IMG/VR virus record: IMGVR_UViG_3300027963_003549 | DNA: 64,000 bases | Direction: 5' to 3' (one strand) | Origin: an uncultured virus (IMG/VR IMGVR_UViG_3300027963_003549) | Taxonomy: Duplodnaviria > Heunggongvirae > Uroviricota > Caudoviricetes | Part shown: positions 10,101 through 20,000 of the stretch, piece by piece | How positions within the stretch are numbered: position 1 is the stretch's first letter | Layout: the number at the start of each line of letters is the position of its first letter | Notes under the pieces: generated by a model | Databases searched by the model: none | Told to the model about the DNA's origin: nothing | Seen by the model: only the letters and a program-made list of their open reading frames with translations | Position numbers and translations under genes: made by a program

Positions 10101-11940
10101 CTCGAAACCCTTCTTTATTTGAGGTTCTCCATGCTAAGTTTTCAATACTAAACATGTACTTAGTAACGTTCTTCTCAACCGCAGTTGGGTTTACGTTATT
10201 ACTTGTCGGTACAATATTTAAATTGTATGTTGATGTAATTACAGAATTAACAAATTGATAGATACTACCTTTTTGTTTTTGTAAATTTTCATAATTTAGA
10301 TATGGCTTGTCCTTAGCAAATACTCTACAATACTCTCTACCCGTTTCAGTACCAGAATCATTAGTGTATGATATAACTCTTGATCCTTTTGTTAGTTCTT
10401 TATATCCATCACTAAATACTTTTGAAACTTGGTCTATCGCATTACCAACGTGGGTTAATCGTAATGCACCATTAGGTTGTGAATCAACAAGTCTTTGAGT
10501 ATCATCTAATATACTACCAGGTTTAAACTCGTAATTAGTTGATTTACCCGCATTGAACTTATCACTAATACTATTGAACGTAGGGTTGTTTGTTGTATAA
10601 TCACCACCGGGTGCTACATTTTTACCAGCATTCTTACTATATTTTGGTGAAACCCAAGTAAAACCTCCTTGTATTCCTCCCGCATCTTCATATGATTTAC
10701 CCGCAAATCCGTTTTGGATTTGAATATTATTCTCATAATTATTACCTAATACTTCAGGACCATATACCGGAGCATTGATTTCTCTACCTGTTTCATCTTT
10801 AGGAAGTGCCCCAGGTGGTGATGTTAAAGTTCCAGGATCTTGATCCTTAGAACCAACATAAAAATTACCTTTTGTTAAATTTGATAAATTAAATGAAAAT
10901 ATTCCACTAACTGCATCTTCACTAAACGCAGGTCTAAATTTATTTTGTTCAATGTTTGATTGTAACTGAAATTTCTGACCAGACCCTGTGTTTTTAAGAA
11001 ATAAATCAGATGGTGTTCTACCTCTAGACCCTCTTGTTCCGAACGCCCCAGCAACCGCTTGACCAACCACAGTTTGTTGTGTTCTACCAAGATTATTTTG
11101 AGTCATATCTTCATCAAAATAATCACCTGGTATTGGTGATACAGGATAATATGTACCTGCAAGTCTATTAAGTATATCCGCGGCTTTACCTATAAAATTA
11201 GATGGTACTGTAATTGTCCAATCCTTAGAAACAATAGGTCTTTTACCTGCCAATACTTGAGCAACCTCAAAAGGATCTCTTAATGATTCTAAAAAGGTTA
11301 ATCTACCAATAGTTTCAGTTCTAATATTTTGATCAACTCTAGCCTTTAGACTAGCCTTTAAAGCTACACCAATATCAAATCTTCTTGGTTCAGAGTCTAA
11401 AGATAATGTTCCGTCTGAACCCAATGGGTCACTAGACAATAAAACAGCATATGGTGAATACAATGAAGGTCTAAAACTTGGTGGTCCCCAATATGGTGCT
11501 AAAACACCCTTAGCTCTTTGAACTAAACCGATATTATAAGGTGTTTGAAATCCTCCGGGAGGTCCGTATTGATTAATAATTGACGATGCTTTTTGGTAAG
11601 ATATACTATAATTCTCAATAGCATCTGTATATGGTGGAAATGGTCCATACTCACCTTTATTTGGTCCTGAACTTACAACATTATTATAATTGATTGTTTT
11701 ATTAAAACCACCATTAGGACCAAATTCATTTATTTTATATAAATTATCGGAAAATGGACTATTATCTATCAGAACATCAGGTGAATCAATTACACTAAAA
11801 TCTTGTAACTCTGTTGGATATGTGACAATATTTGGTGGTGTAAAGATACCAGGTTTTCTGTAAGGTTTAAGATTCCTTACAATTAAACTTTTTCTAATGA
11901 TTTCAGTTTCTTTAAACGATAACGGACTAGTTCCCATCAA
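7126..11940 (-). CDS. Large tail-tube initiator/baseplate protein with an internal OmpA-like domain, 1604 aa
   Basis: Tube-initiator-like motifs FPPYGLTFNE..FIGRPEPVYTY..RSGSLSFKIVVD and PPVLVLRIGDFYNTKIIPTSLSFKY..PMICDVTLSF. OmpA-like ISLIGSASAPATRSYNVDLSKRRIDSVKDYF..GE..RRVAI. Confidence 0.65.
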   Translation of the reverse strand: MMGTSPLSFKETEIIRKSLIVRNLKPYRKPGIFTPPNIVTYPTELQDFSVIDSPDVLIDNSPFSDNLYKINEFGPNGGFNKTINYNNVVSSGPNKGEYGPFPPYTDAIENYSISYQKASSIINQYGPPGGFQTPYNIGLVQRAKGVLAPYWGPPSFRPSLYSPYAVLLSSDPLGSDGTLSLDSEPRRFDIGVALKASLKARVDQNIRTETIGRLTFLESLRDPFEVAQVLAGKRPIVSKDWTITVPSNFIGKAADILNRLAGTYYPVSPIPGDYFDEDMTQNNLGRTQQTVVGQAVAGAFGTRGSRGRTPSDLFLKNTGSGQKFQLQSNIEQNKFRPAFSEDAVSGIFSFNLSNLTKGNFYVGSKDQDPGTLTSPPGALPKDETGREINAPVYGPEVLGNNYENNIQIQNGFAGKSYEDAGGIQGGFTWVSPKYSKNAGKNVAPGGDYTTNNPTFNSISDKFNAGKSTNYEFKPGSILDDTQRLVDSQPNGALRLTHVGNAIDQVSKVFSDGYKELTKGSRVISYTNDSGTETGREYCRVFAKDKPYLNYENLQKQKGSIYQFVNSVITSTYNLNIVPTSNNVNPTAVEKNVTKYMFSIENLAWRTSNKEGFRVSDLPACERGPNGGRVMWFPPYGLTFNEDSRPSFNENTFIGRPEPVYTYKHTSRSGSLSFKIVVDHPSILNLIVNKVLANADRETADNIIDSFFAGCKEYDLYDLAQTYNTIPASDLVYFQTIVNTVTPQNPASQEFAQPINQSQPSPIIPQQTKPSELNWNKYKNLGFYFYNDYPDPNTRLTQTTSAYDTEYQFLISKENTFIEVASRNNFQTEMQNFFDDIVIDNFSTVGDKLIPEIKKVLDDGTAKSITISLIGSASAPATRSYNVDLSKRRIDSVKDYFENKLGSYIQSGKLKLDSGIARGEEESNAILYSYNKNTKSQPYSCTDLDTKNIPYNKIFSVQASACRRVAIKDITYVPGDIPQAPPPPEISAVPPKQEQTTGQQPKEAPKPVTTTTIQQKIKNDVSKRIIRSLLSECNYFDILKSTDPVVFDSIKDKIKYFNPTFHSMTPEGLNSRLTFLQQCTRPGDTIPTIGLDGKPVTDVATNTSFGAPPVLVLRIGDFYNTKIIPTSLSFKYENFDLNPEGIGMQPMICDVTLSFNFIGGSGLKEPIEKLQNALSFNYYANTEMYDERAESTEDREQFNQKFISVLGLTETETTTSVSQATPVSSSLGGATIGEIKSTTTSAATSGTSSVVYGNISYTKVFDGFVTQSKNYFNGVYNFLNDTLKNYNYGVLQNVTNVLKYNTGKFNQYITPQDVSLFGSPVNVQNRFTYFFSQLQNKISNGSLSQITFLEQNRNVKNSVVRDLKRNYSNYVSGYSTTFLTKLSTSIQSLNTLEQDFIFTIDKLNYILTQRDGYLVKGEPLVYKITGGTTISGITTDMTTIGTYNNQFIDKLTDGDFPPYVSQSFKYQTEIFPVSKYGFTTTESKLEYMLMSDVYINDYNNFITKLTEGITDTISLTIINDEFGNVKSTFETAYNTELSIVNDNKDTINKDILNVVGINVGLDRTCSYTTEFTPTNDDKTRLVKLLNPNNDSDVDNPYNFKKKFKL

Positions 11941-11978
11941 TAATTCATTTTAATATAAATAGATTAGTACCTATTTTT

Positions 11979-13718
11979 TTATTGTCCTGGTGCATTATAT
12001 ACATCAGGTTGTTTCATAACCGCCTTTACCGCATTTGAAAATTGTAAATCTTTAGCATCAATCATTCCAACAACTTTGTTGTCTTGTGTTAATTCAACTC
12101 TACCTTTAAGTTCAATCGTAACAGGATCAACTTTTACCGTTTCAGGTTTTTTTTCAGTGTTCAACCCCAAAGACTTAACAATGTCCTCAACGATACTACC
12201 AACCGCAGGAACCACTATATTTTCTTTACTAATTTGTGTCTTAAAAGTTTCCGAAAAATCAATATTAGAAATTCTATCAATACTATTTGAAAATCCTTCT
12301 ACAAGATCTGTCGTAATATTTGATAGTGTGGTACCTAACTTTGCGTCAAATCCTTCAAGATCCCCTTTAATTAAATCCCTAATAGCTTCAACACTACCTT
12401 CTTCAAATCTATTAATCGTCCTTCTTTGATCTTCAGGTCTAAATCCTTCCCTAACTCCCTCGGTAACTATTCTCTGAGCACCTCTTTGAATTTCAATAGC
12501 ATCTTGAAGAGCTTTACTACTCGCGATTCCCGCAACACCAAATCCAACCTTAATTGCTGTCAGATTATTATTCATCATTTGTTGTGTTGAAAGTTGTTCA
12601 GCCGCGAAATCCTCTAAAGTTTTAGCACTACTTGTCTGTGCTTTTAGTTTTTCTAAATCACCTTGTTGTAATTGGGATACTAATTTATCTTGACCATCTA
12701 CCTTAACTGTGAATCCACCTTTCAATTTATCAAAATTAGCAACACCTGATAAAAACATTTTAGTTTCTTCATCAATACCACCAATTCTTAATTCTTTTGA
12801 TACTTCGGTAAGTTGGGCACGTGCTTTAGCCATCTTAACCATATTATCATAACTAAGACCTGTTTCTTCTGAAATTTTCATTAAGTCACGTCGAGCAGAA
12901 GGTGGTATTTCAAATTTACCGGTTTCTTTATTTAAATAACCCATTCTTTCTACAACACCTCCAATTGCCTCTTGTAACCCTTCAGTGTCTTCTTGTGCTA
13001 AATACATAAGTCTAAAAGGATCTGCCAAATCACCAACCGCAACACCTAATCTTTGAAATGTATTAACGGCACCTATAGCTCCTTCTGGATCAAAAACTTT
13101 TGACGCGAAATTAAACACATCACTCATATCTATTTTCAATAGAGCCGCTTTTGCTGCCATTCGAGCTAACCCATCAACACCTGTTTGAAAACCATATTTG
13201 TTAGCATTAGATAGATTATCACTGACCTGTGTAAATACCGCATTTGTATTCGCACCAAACTTTCTTGCTTCAGATAGAATTGTTAATGTATTTTCACCAA
13301 AATTATACATAGATTCCCCAAACTCAGCAAATTTAACAAAACCTGTTGAAATTGTTTGGATACCTAATCCTGTTGCCGTTGCCGCGGCTTGGATTTCAAC
13401 CATATTTTTAGCACCAACAATAAAACTATATTCAAGTTCTGATGCTATATTTTGTATTATTTCAGCAGTTCTTTGAGTTAGGTTTGCAACATCAGCACCT
13501 GAGTCAATAACTAACGCTAAATCCTTTGAGACATCAGCAATCGTCTTAGAAACCTCTCTATAAGTTTCCCTATTGGCTGTCATATTTTTTTGGACAGATC
13601 TTGCCTGTTCGTCCAAATTTTCACGAAATTCTTTTACATTCGCAACAAAATCTTTAAGAAAAATGTCCGATAAACCCTTACCATACTTATTAAGATCATC
13701 AAAAATGTTTTGTGCCAT
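11979..13718 (-). CDS. Putative tape measure protein (579 aa)
   Basis: Ala/Gly/Gln-rich, helical-looking sequence directly downstream of the tail chaperone and upstream of the baseplate genes. Confidence 0.55.
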   Translation of the reverse strand: MAQNIFDDLNKYGKGLSDIFLKDFVANVKEFRENLDEQARSVQKNMTANRETYREVSKTIADVSKDLALVIDSGADVANLTQRTAEIIQNIASELEYSFIVGAKNMVEIQAAATATGLGIQTISTGFVKFAEFGESMYNFGENTLTILSEARKFGANTNAVFTQVSDNLSNANKYGFQTGVDGLARMAAKAALLKIDMSDVFNFASKVFDPEGAIGAVNTFQRLGVAVGDLADPFRLMYLAQEDTEGLQEAIGGVVERMGYLNKETGKFEIPPSARRDLMKISEETGLSYDNMVKMAKARAQLTEVSKELRIGGIDEETKMFLSGVANFDKLKGGFTVKVDGQDKLVSQLQQGDLEKLKAQTSSAKTLEDFAAEQLSTQQMMNNNLTAIKVGFGVAGIASSKALQDAIEIQRGAQRIVTEGVREGFRPEDQRRTINRFEEGSVEAIRDLIKGDLEGFDAKLGTTLSNITTDLVEGFSNSIDRISNIDFSETFKTQISKENIVVPAVGSIVEDIVKSLGLNTEKKPETVKVDPVTIELKGRVELTQDNKVVGMIDAKDLQFSNAVKAVMKQPDVYNAPGQ

Positions 13719-13743
13719 AAAAATCGTTTACAATAAATACTAC

Positions 13744-13920
13744 TTACTCAGTTTTGGGTGATAAGTCGGTAACCAACTTATTCACTAAATATTTTCTGAA
13801 ATAAGTTGGCATAAGGTGAAAATCTCCATATGAAACATGAAGATGTTTAGCTAAATAATAAAATTCGTCAGATAAGTTCTTTTTGTGATCAGAAGAAAGG
13901 ACGAAAAAACTCTGCCCCAA
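13744..13920 (-). CDS. Small tail-chaperone C-terminal ORF (gpT/gp51-like), expressed by frameshift or from a TTG start
   Basis: Manual translation, absent from the ORF track: (M)GQSFFVLSSDHKKNLSDEFYYLAKHLHVSYGDFHLMPTYFRKYLVNKLVTDLSPKTE*. Overlaps the end of 13889..14632 in the +1 frame and fills the gap before the tape measure gene. Confidence 0.7.
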   Translation of the reverse strand: MGQSFFVLSSDHKKNLSDEFYYLAKHLHVSYGDFHLMPTYFRKYLVNKLVTDLSPKTE

Positions 13921-14632
13921 AGGTGATACTCAATTCTACCTTTTTTCCAGATGGGGCTATAACAGTCTTCACAAGATCTAATCTTGGTTCATTTTCGTTT
14001 ATATATTTTTTGATATATTTTGAATCCATAATTGGCATTGTCTCAACGAACTTAATAATATTCTCAGGGTTAGTATCACCATTAATACTAACGATTGATT
14101 TAGCCAATTTAGTTGTTACCACAGGTGCTTTACCAAGGGGATACATACTTTGGATTCTATCTAAATCCGATTGTTCACCTAAAGTTAATGGTTTAAGTTT
14201 TACCTTTACCTGACTTCTAGGTAATGTGGTTGTCCAAGTTCCATCATCATCAGGTAACTGATTTGATTGTTTAATATTTAATTCATCTAACAACACATTC
14301 CCCTTGAAAGGTTTTCCAGTTTCGGGATCAACTAAATTAAACACATATTCAGGACCAAATGACGTATTTCTTAAAAAGATGAGAATTGCTTCGATGTCCC
14401 CATTCAAAAGGTCTTCAGGTCTGATACCTGGTTCATATAATTTTGATCTAACTAGTGTTGTTACAATAGAATCTGATGGAGCACTCATTATTGTGTTCTC
14501 ATCAGATGCGGTTAAATAACCAACCTTAACCGACTCTTTTTTATTTTTATAAAAAATACCTCTTGATGGTAGTGGTACTACATCGTGGGGTAAGTTAAAA
14601 TCAATTTGTCCATATTGTATAGAATCTTCCAT
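13889..14632 (-). CDS. Tail/baseplate hub assembly chaperone (T4 gp26-like)
   Basis: VPLPSRGIFY..LTASDE..LLNGDIEAILIFLRNTSFGPEY..LPRSQVKVKLKPLT motifs. Lies between tube and tape measure genes. Confidence 0.75.
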   Translation of the reverse strand: MEDSIQYGQIDFNLPHDVVPLPSRGIFYKNKKESVKVGYLTASDENTIMSAPSDSIVTTLVRSKLYEPGIRPEDLLNGDIEAILIFLRNTSFGPEYVFNLVDPETGKPFKGNVLLDELNIKQSNQLPDDDGTWTTTLPRSQVKVKLKPLTLGEQSDLDRIQSMYPLGKAPVVTTKLAKSIVSINGDTNPENIIKFVETMPIMDSKYIKKYINENEPRLDLVKTVIAPSGKKVELSITFGAEFFRPFF

Positions 14633-14662
14633 AAAAAAACCATAGAGTTTTACTCTATGGTT
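14633..14662 (-). promoter_or_regulatory. Perfect 11-bp hairpin plus T-tract abutting the chaperone start codon (terminator or translational operator)
   Basis: Minus strand reads AACCATAGAGT-AAA-ACTCTATGGTT-TTTTT-ATG. Confidence 0.6.
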
Positions 14663-14684
14663 AAATATAGTTAAAGTTGTCTTT

Positions 14685-15575
14685 TTATAAAGACAATCTC
14701 TGTCTTAAATCAGAAATAACCCATTCAGGTTTTTCATTAATATCTTTTTCCCAATAACGAAGTAAAATTATATCGTTATTAACACATAACTCATCTTTAT
14801 ATTTATCATTTTGTTTTGTTATTATTTGAGTTTCATATATTACTTCGTGGTGTTTTGAACTAGGATTACAATGATAAAAATCACCATCCACCTCTATCAA
14901 AATATTATATGTTTCAAGATAAAAATCAAATAGTCTATGTTTATACTCGTACTGATATTCAAAATTAAGATTGAGTAATCTCAAAATAGTTTCAAATTTA
15001 ATCTCAACTCCACTAGGTTTTTTACTTATTTTTGATTTAAGCCAAGTAATTCTTCGTTTAGACGCATCTTCTTTTAATTTAGGATTATCTTCGTATCTTT
15101 TTTTTTGAGTAATCGACAACTTTTTTTTTGAGTTTTCCGATTTTGGTACACCTTTCAATGAATTAGATATTTTTTTTCCTCTTTCTTTGTTATTTCTTAA
15201 TTTTTCTTTGATTCCCTCAATCTTATTTCTCGTTTGTTCATTATCGTTTTCCCACCAACCTTTGTATTTTCCTTCTTTCCAATTTTTCTTTTGAGTCTCA
15301 ATTGCTTTTTTGTGCGTCTCAGGATTTTTATGGAAATTGTTTTTACCAGGTACTCTATTATGATGGGACTGAACAAACTTTGAAAATCCTTTTGATATTG
15401 AAATAAAATTAGTTTCTTCCCCACATCCACATTCACATTTAGGTTTAACCCCATTTAAAACATAATTAACATATAAATCATCTGATTTTGTTTTATGTTT
15501 TAGAGACGAATGTCTTAATAATGACATTATTCCATTATACTCTTTCTGACATATTTTACAAATAAAAATTCCCAT
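14685..15575 (-). mobile_element. Free-standing homing-endonuclease-like gene: Zn fingers, NUMOD3-like linker, Vsr/DUF559-like nuclease
   Basis: N-terminal CKIC..H..H and CECGCG; KISNSLKGVPKSENSKKKLS; C-terminal FDFYL..ILIEVDGDFYH..ND..KD..LLRYWE. Interrupts the tube-chaperone gene order. Confidence 0.75.
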
Positions 15576-15594
15576 ATTACTATATATGGGAATT
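15567..15594 (-). promoter_or_regulatory. 11-bp hairpin sequestering the endonuclease start codon
   Basis: Minus strand AATTCCCATAT-ATAGTA-ATATGGGAATT. The 3' arm contains ATG GGA ATT (M-G-I). Confidence 0.7.
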
Positions 15595-15637
15595 AAACGA
15601 TATTGTCAATGGTTAGGTCTATTTTAATATAAAAAAA

Positions 15638-16126
15638 TCAATATACCAAGATACAACGATCCATACGTAATGAACAAGAAAGTGTTGCCAACTTATCATC
15701 ACTATATGATGCTTGCGACCAAGATACATCAGTTAAGAAAGTATTTTCAAGTATCCATTTCTCAACAACAACACCCGTTGGATCTAACATTTCCAAATCA
15801 ATGTTTTTCTTATAACCCGCAGCATAACCCATACGACCTGTAACTGATTCCGCGTGTAAACGAACCCATTCCATTAACGCTTGTGTTGCAGAAGGACCAA
15901 TTGGGTCAATAAAATCAACTTTAATTGGATCCCAATTAAATCTACCAGCAACAAACGTACTTGTATTCAAAAATGGAATTTCAGTACTACCAATCTTAAT
16001 CGCAGGTCTACCTGAACTTTGTACATACCATTCGTTTATACCCAATGATGAAGGGAATCTTAATATAAATCGGTTGTTCCTTTTGGGTTCATAAGGAATC
16101 GGCATTTTCATCAATAAATCAGCCAT
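15638..16126 (-). CDS. Tail tube protein (T4 gp19-like)
   Basis: EPKRNNRF..SGRP..VAGRFNWDPI..LMEWVR..YKKNIDLEMLDPTGVVVEKWIL. 162 aa, downstream of the sheath gene. Confidence 0.9.
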   Translation of the reverse strand: MADLLMKMPIPYEPKRNNRFILRFPSSLGINEWYVQSSGRPAIKIGSTEIPFLNTSTFVAGRFNWDPIKVDFIDPIGPSATQALMEWVRLHAESVTGRMGYAAGYKKNIDLEMLDPTGVVVEKWILENTFLTDVSWSQASYSDDKLATLSCSLRMDRCILVY

Positions 16127-16218
16127 ATCTTTAAATTTTAATCTTTTTTAGTTTTTTATATAAATACTCGTCAAAAAGTTTTTCTATTTACTTTTTTTTT
16201 TGACAAACTATTCTGTTA

Positions 16219-17079
16219 TTAATATTTCTTTTTTATACCTCCGGTTGTTGAATAAGTAGCAAATTCAATTCCTTCTGGTTTATTTTTTTCAAAATAAGAT
16301 TTCATCTTTTCAACATTTCTAACATCGTCATCTGAAAATCCAATTTTTGGTATGAATTCATTTCCTATTTTCTCTTTCACAAATATTTTTTTGTGTATTT
16401 TTCTAGCAATTTTCTTTATATGTTCAATAAATTCATTCATAGCGTCTATTTTACCTTCTTCAGGATTAGAAGCACTACCAGAACCATAACTCACTGGAGA
16501 AAATTGACACATATCTAAATACTCACGAATTATTTCATCATCAGACATATCTTCCATATCATCTATGGATCTATATTTTCTAAGATTTTTTATCAAAAGT
16601 TTTTTATTAATACCCTCATGATTATTAATAATCATATTATAAACACTTTCTTTTAATGTATTAGGTTTGTGTCCTCTAGCAGTGATAATAGCAAAAACAG
16701 AACCACCATTTATTGCTTCAATAAAATCATCCCAAGCAGGTCCTACCTCAGCGGTCATTGAATCAATAATGAAATCCTTGTCTCCTTCTGTTTTGAAATT
16801 TCTGAAAGGGTCGTTTGCAAATCCAATAATTGTCCTACCTTTATATTTGAAAGGTTCTTTTCCAATCTCTGTTCGATATTCAGCAAAATCCTCAGTACCC
16901 ATCATAACTTCATCACCATCTTCATCCTCCAAAACGATTTTAGTTGGCATATAAAGTAAATTATCATCCCAATCAAAAGCATAATACTTCATATCAGGAG
17001 TTCCTTCATCACCAATCCCCTCGGTTATATAGGAGGGGATTAGTGAATTTAGGATTCTATTTCTCAATATCTCTTTCAT
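16219..17079 (-). CDS. HAD-superfamily-like protein
   Basis: Motif I AFDWDDNL, motif II IITARG, motif III K (EEGK), motif IV GFSDDD. Confidence 0.6.
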   Translation of the reverse strand: MKEILRNRILNSLIPSYITEGIGDEGTPDMKYYAFDWDDNLLYMPTKIVLEDEDGDEVMMGTEDFAEYRTEIGKEPFKYKGRTIIGFANDPFRNFKTEGDKDFIIDSMTAEVGPAWDDFIEAINGGSVFAIITARGHKPNTLKESVYNMIINNHEGINKKLLIKNLRKYRSIDDMEDMSDDEIIREYLDMCQFSPVSYGSGSASNPEEGKIDAMNEFIEHIKKIARKIHKKIFVKEKIGNEFIPKIGFSDDDVRNVEKMKSYFEKNKPEGIEFATYSTTGGIKKKY

Positions 17080-17082
17080 TTA

Positions 17083-20000
17083 TTAGATATTTTCAAAAGA
17101 TGCTCCGGTAGGAGTGATCAAGAACTCAATGTCAATGAATTCTAAAGATTTAGTTGGTTTGATATAAACTTTACCTACCAATTGGTTTCTATCCAAATCT
17201 TCAGGTGAAGAACTTACTGTTACTCTGAAATCATATAAACCTCTATCTCTTCTAATTGAATCTAAAATAGGATTAACCGCATCTAAGAAGTCCTGTCTAA
17301 CTTTCTCGTCATTTTGTTCAAACAACAATCTAACAGCAACTGCAGAAATTAATTTACGAGCCTGTAACAACAATCTTCTAACATTTAATCTGTCAAGTGC
17401 TGATTGTGCAACTTGTAAAGTTTTATTACCCCAAATTACTGTACCAACATCTGAGAAGGTAGCAATAGGATTAATTCTTCCCTGATACAATGTATCTCTA
17501 TCAGTTTGTGTTAATTTTCTTCTAGCCTTCACTGAACTAACAAGACCTCTTGTATAACCCGCTGATGCGAACCAAGGAAATGCAATATTATCTGTAAGTG
17601 CTAAGTTTCTACAAACTTCACCTGTTGATGGGAGATATATTTGTGTGTTATTAACCGTGTCTCTAACTAAAATCCAAGGATAGTATGTTGCGGTATAGTT
17701 AGAATCAATACCCGTATCATCCAAAGTATTTACAGCTTCTGTAGGGTCAATAAAGTCTTGTGTATCCACAGTAGATACTAAAAGATCGATATCAGGGGTT
17801 GTTGTGATATAAATCGAGTCAGCTCTTTCCTGCTCAACCATTTCAATAGCATCTTCAACCAAATTACTATTATTCACATAATCAATACCAGGTGTTGCAA
17901 ATACGTTAATATTTGTTGCTTCAGGATTTGCAAATGTTTGAATACCAAGTAGATAAGCATAATAGTCAGTTGTTGCATAATCTGTTATGTTATTACCATA
18001 TGTATATGGTCTGAAAGCACCCCAACCTGTTGCTGACGGATATCTAGTATCACAAGTAGGTGATACACCTTTTTTATATCCTGAACCTCCTAATATAAAC
18101 TCATCACCATTAGTTCTTCTCTCTCTATAAATGTCCCAACCATCAAAACCTCCTTGAACTAAGAATGTGAACTTACGTGATTGGATTTTATAATACGGAT
18201 TTGTAGGATCTGTTGGGTCTGTTGTAAAACTAACAGAACCTACTTCAAATGCTGAAGTACCTGAAGAAAGATATGAATTAGCAATTGTTACAACAGTTGC
18301 TCCACTATCCATGTGATATCCTTTTGTTTGGTAAGTCCAATCTGAAGCTTCATTACAAATACTTGTTGGGTTCTGTTTTCCTTTATACTGAAATAAATCA
18401 GAATCAATTCCTAATTGTGATGAGAAACCTAAATAGGTTGTTCTTACTTTATCACCACTTGATGTTGTTGAATTATCAGCGGAACCTGTTGCGTTTCCAA
18501 ATGGTGGATTGTAAATAACTTCACCAGGAAAATCATATTTTGTTTTATACACAGGTTGTGGCGGAACATTAGAAGTTGATGAGTATGTTCTCTCAACCAA
18601 TCCTTCAAAACCACAAGGAATAGCATCAACAGGTGCATCATAATTCAATTCCAACATAATAAATTTAGAATTTAACTGATATTCACCATCTGAAGTTCCA
18701 ACTTTAACACCAACATAACTATTTTGACTTGGGTCCATAGTACAATTTGTAAATTTCTCCAAAATAACAGGATTGGTATCCGTATCATAAAAGTCTCTTA
18801 CTGCAATATCAAAAGTTAAATTATTGAATGACATATTCAAAATAGAAATTTTAACTTGAGTGTTTGCCGCATTACCATCTGATATCGTGATAACTTTGAA
18901 TAATTCATACACTTTATTACCACGTAGTTCAGATACTACCCAAGGAGATCTAGGTGTTTGATACGGGTCTAAGAAATATGCCATAGTACCAGTTGTACTA
19001 GCCGCTCTCAAACCAGGTAATTGGATTAAACTTGTACTCAATCCTCTGATGTAACCTTTGTTATAACCAAAATTTAACAAGTTAGGGTAAATCTCCTCAA
19101 CAAACAATGGTATAACCGTTCTGTCTATTGCAAAATTATCTTTACTTAATACCTTACTCAAGTAATTAGCCCCCGTTTGTTGCATTGATGCTGTAATACT
19201 AAATGATGTTGGACTTGATGTTGTTGTTAAACCTGTAATTCGAAACTCGGTATATGGGTTTTTAGTTACACCAGTATTAATATCAATTAAATTAACGTTA
19301 GACGCTGCACTAACCACATAATCAGGGCCTGCAACACCTGAACCATAATTAGAAACACCTCTTGATCTTAAAGTTGCAACGACCATATTATTATATGCCG
19401 AATATGCAGTTCCTGACCACCCAAAAGTTTGTCCTGATATTGTTCCAGTATATGAAGTATATGAACCAGCACTTAAACCACCACTCAAAGAACTTAAGAA
19501 AGTTACAAAAGATCTACCAAAATAGTTGTTTCCAGTACTAATATTGAACAAAGAATAATACCAAGGATCGTTTAAATAAGACGTATAGTCTTGTGAAGAC
19601 GCATTTGTATTATAAACACCTAAAACATTTGTAGATGCGGTGTAGGATCCTGATGTATAAGTAGTATTTGTTGCTGCTGGTAAACTACCAAAAATGTATG
19701 ATGTTGATGCTGAGTTTACCTGTACCACCGCAGCAGTATCATTACCAAAAACTGTTAATAAGAAATTTTGTAAATCTGTAGTGAATGTTGAAGTACTGCC
19801 GTCAATCTTAGTATAAGATGTATTTACGTCGGTATATGCACTTAAACCATTGGTCAATATATTTACAGTTCCTGTTGAGTTAGCACTAAATGTTACTGTA
19901 AATCCAACAGGTGTACTTCCTGTTAATCCGATAGTTGTGGTATTTGGATTCGCAATTGTCTTAATTGTCCAAGATGGTCCGGCATCATAACCTGAAAGAC

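Noticed and set aside
2816..14519. Many 60-120 aa ORFs antisense to or nested in tail genes
   Set aside because: Expected shadows of long genes with biased codon usage. No motifs or start signals.
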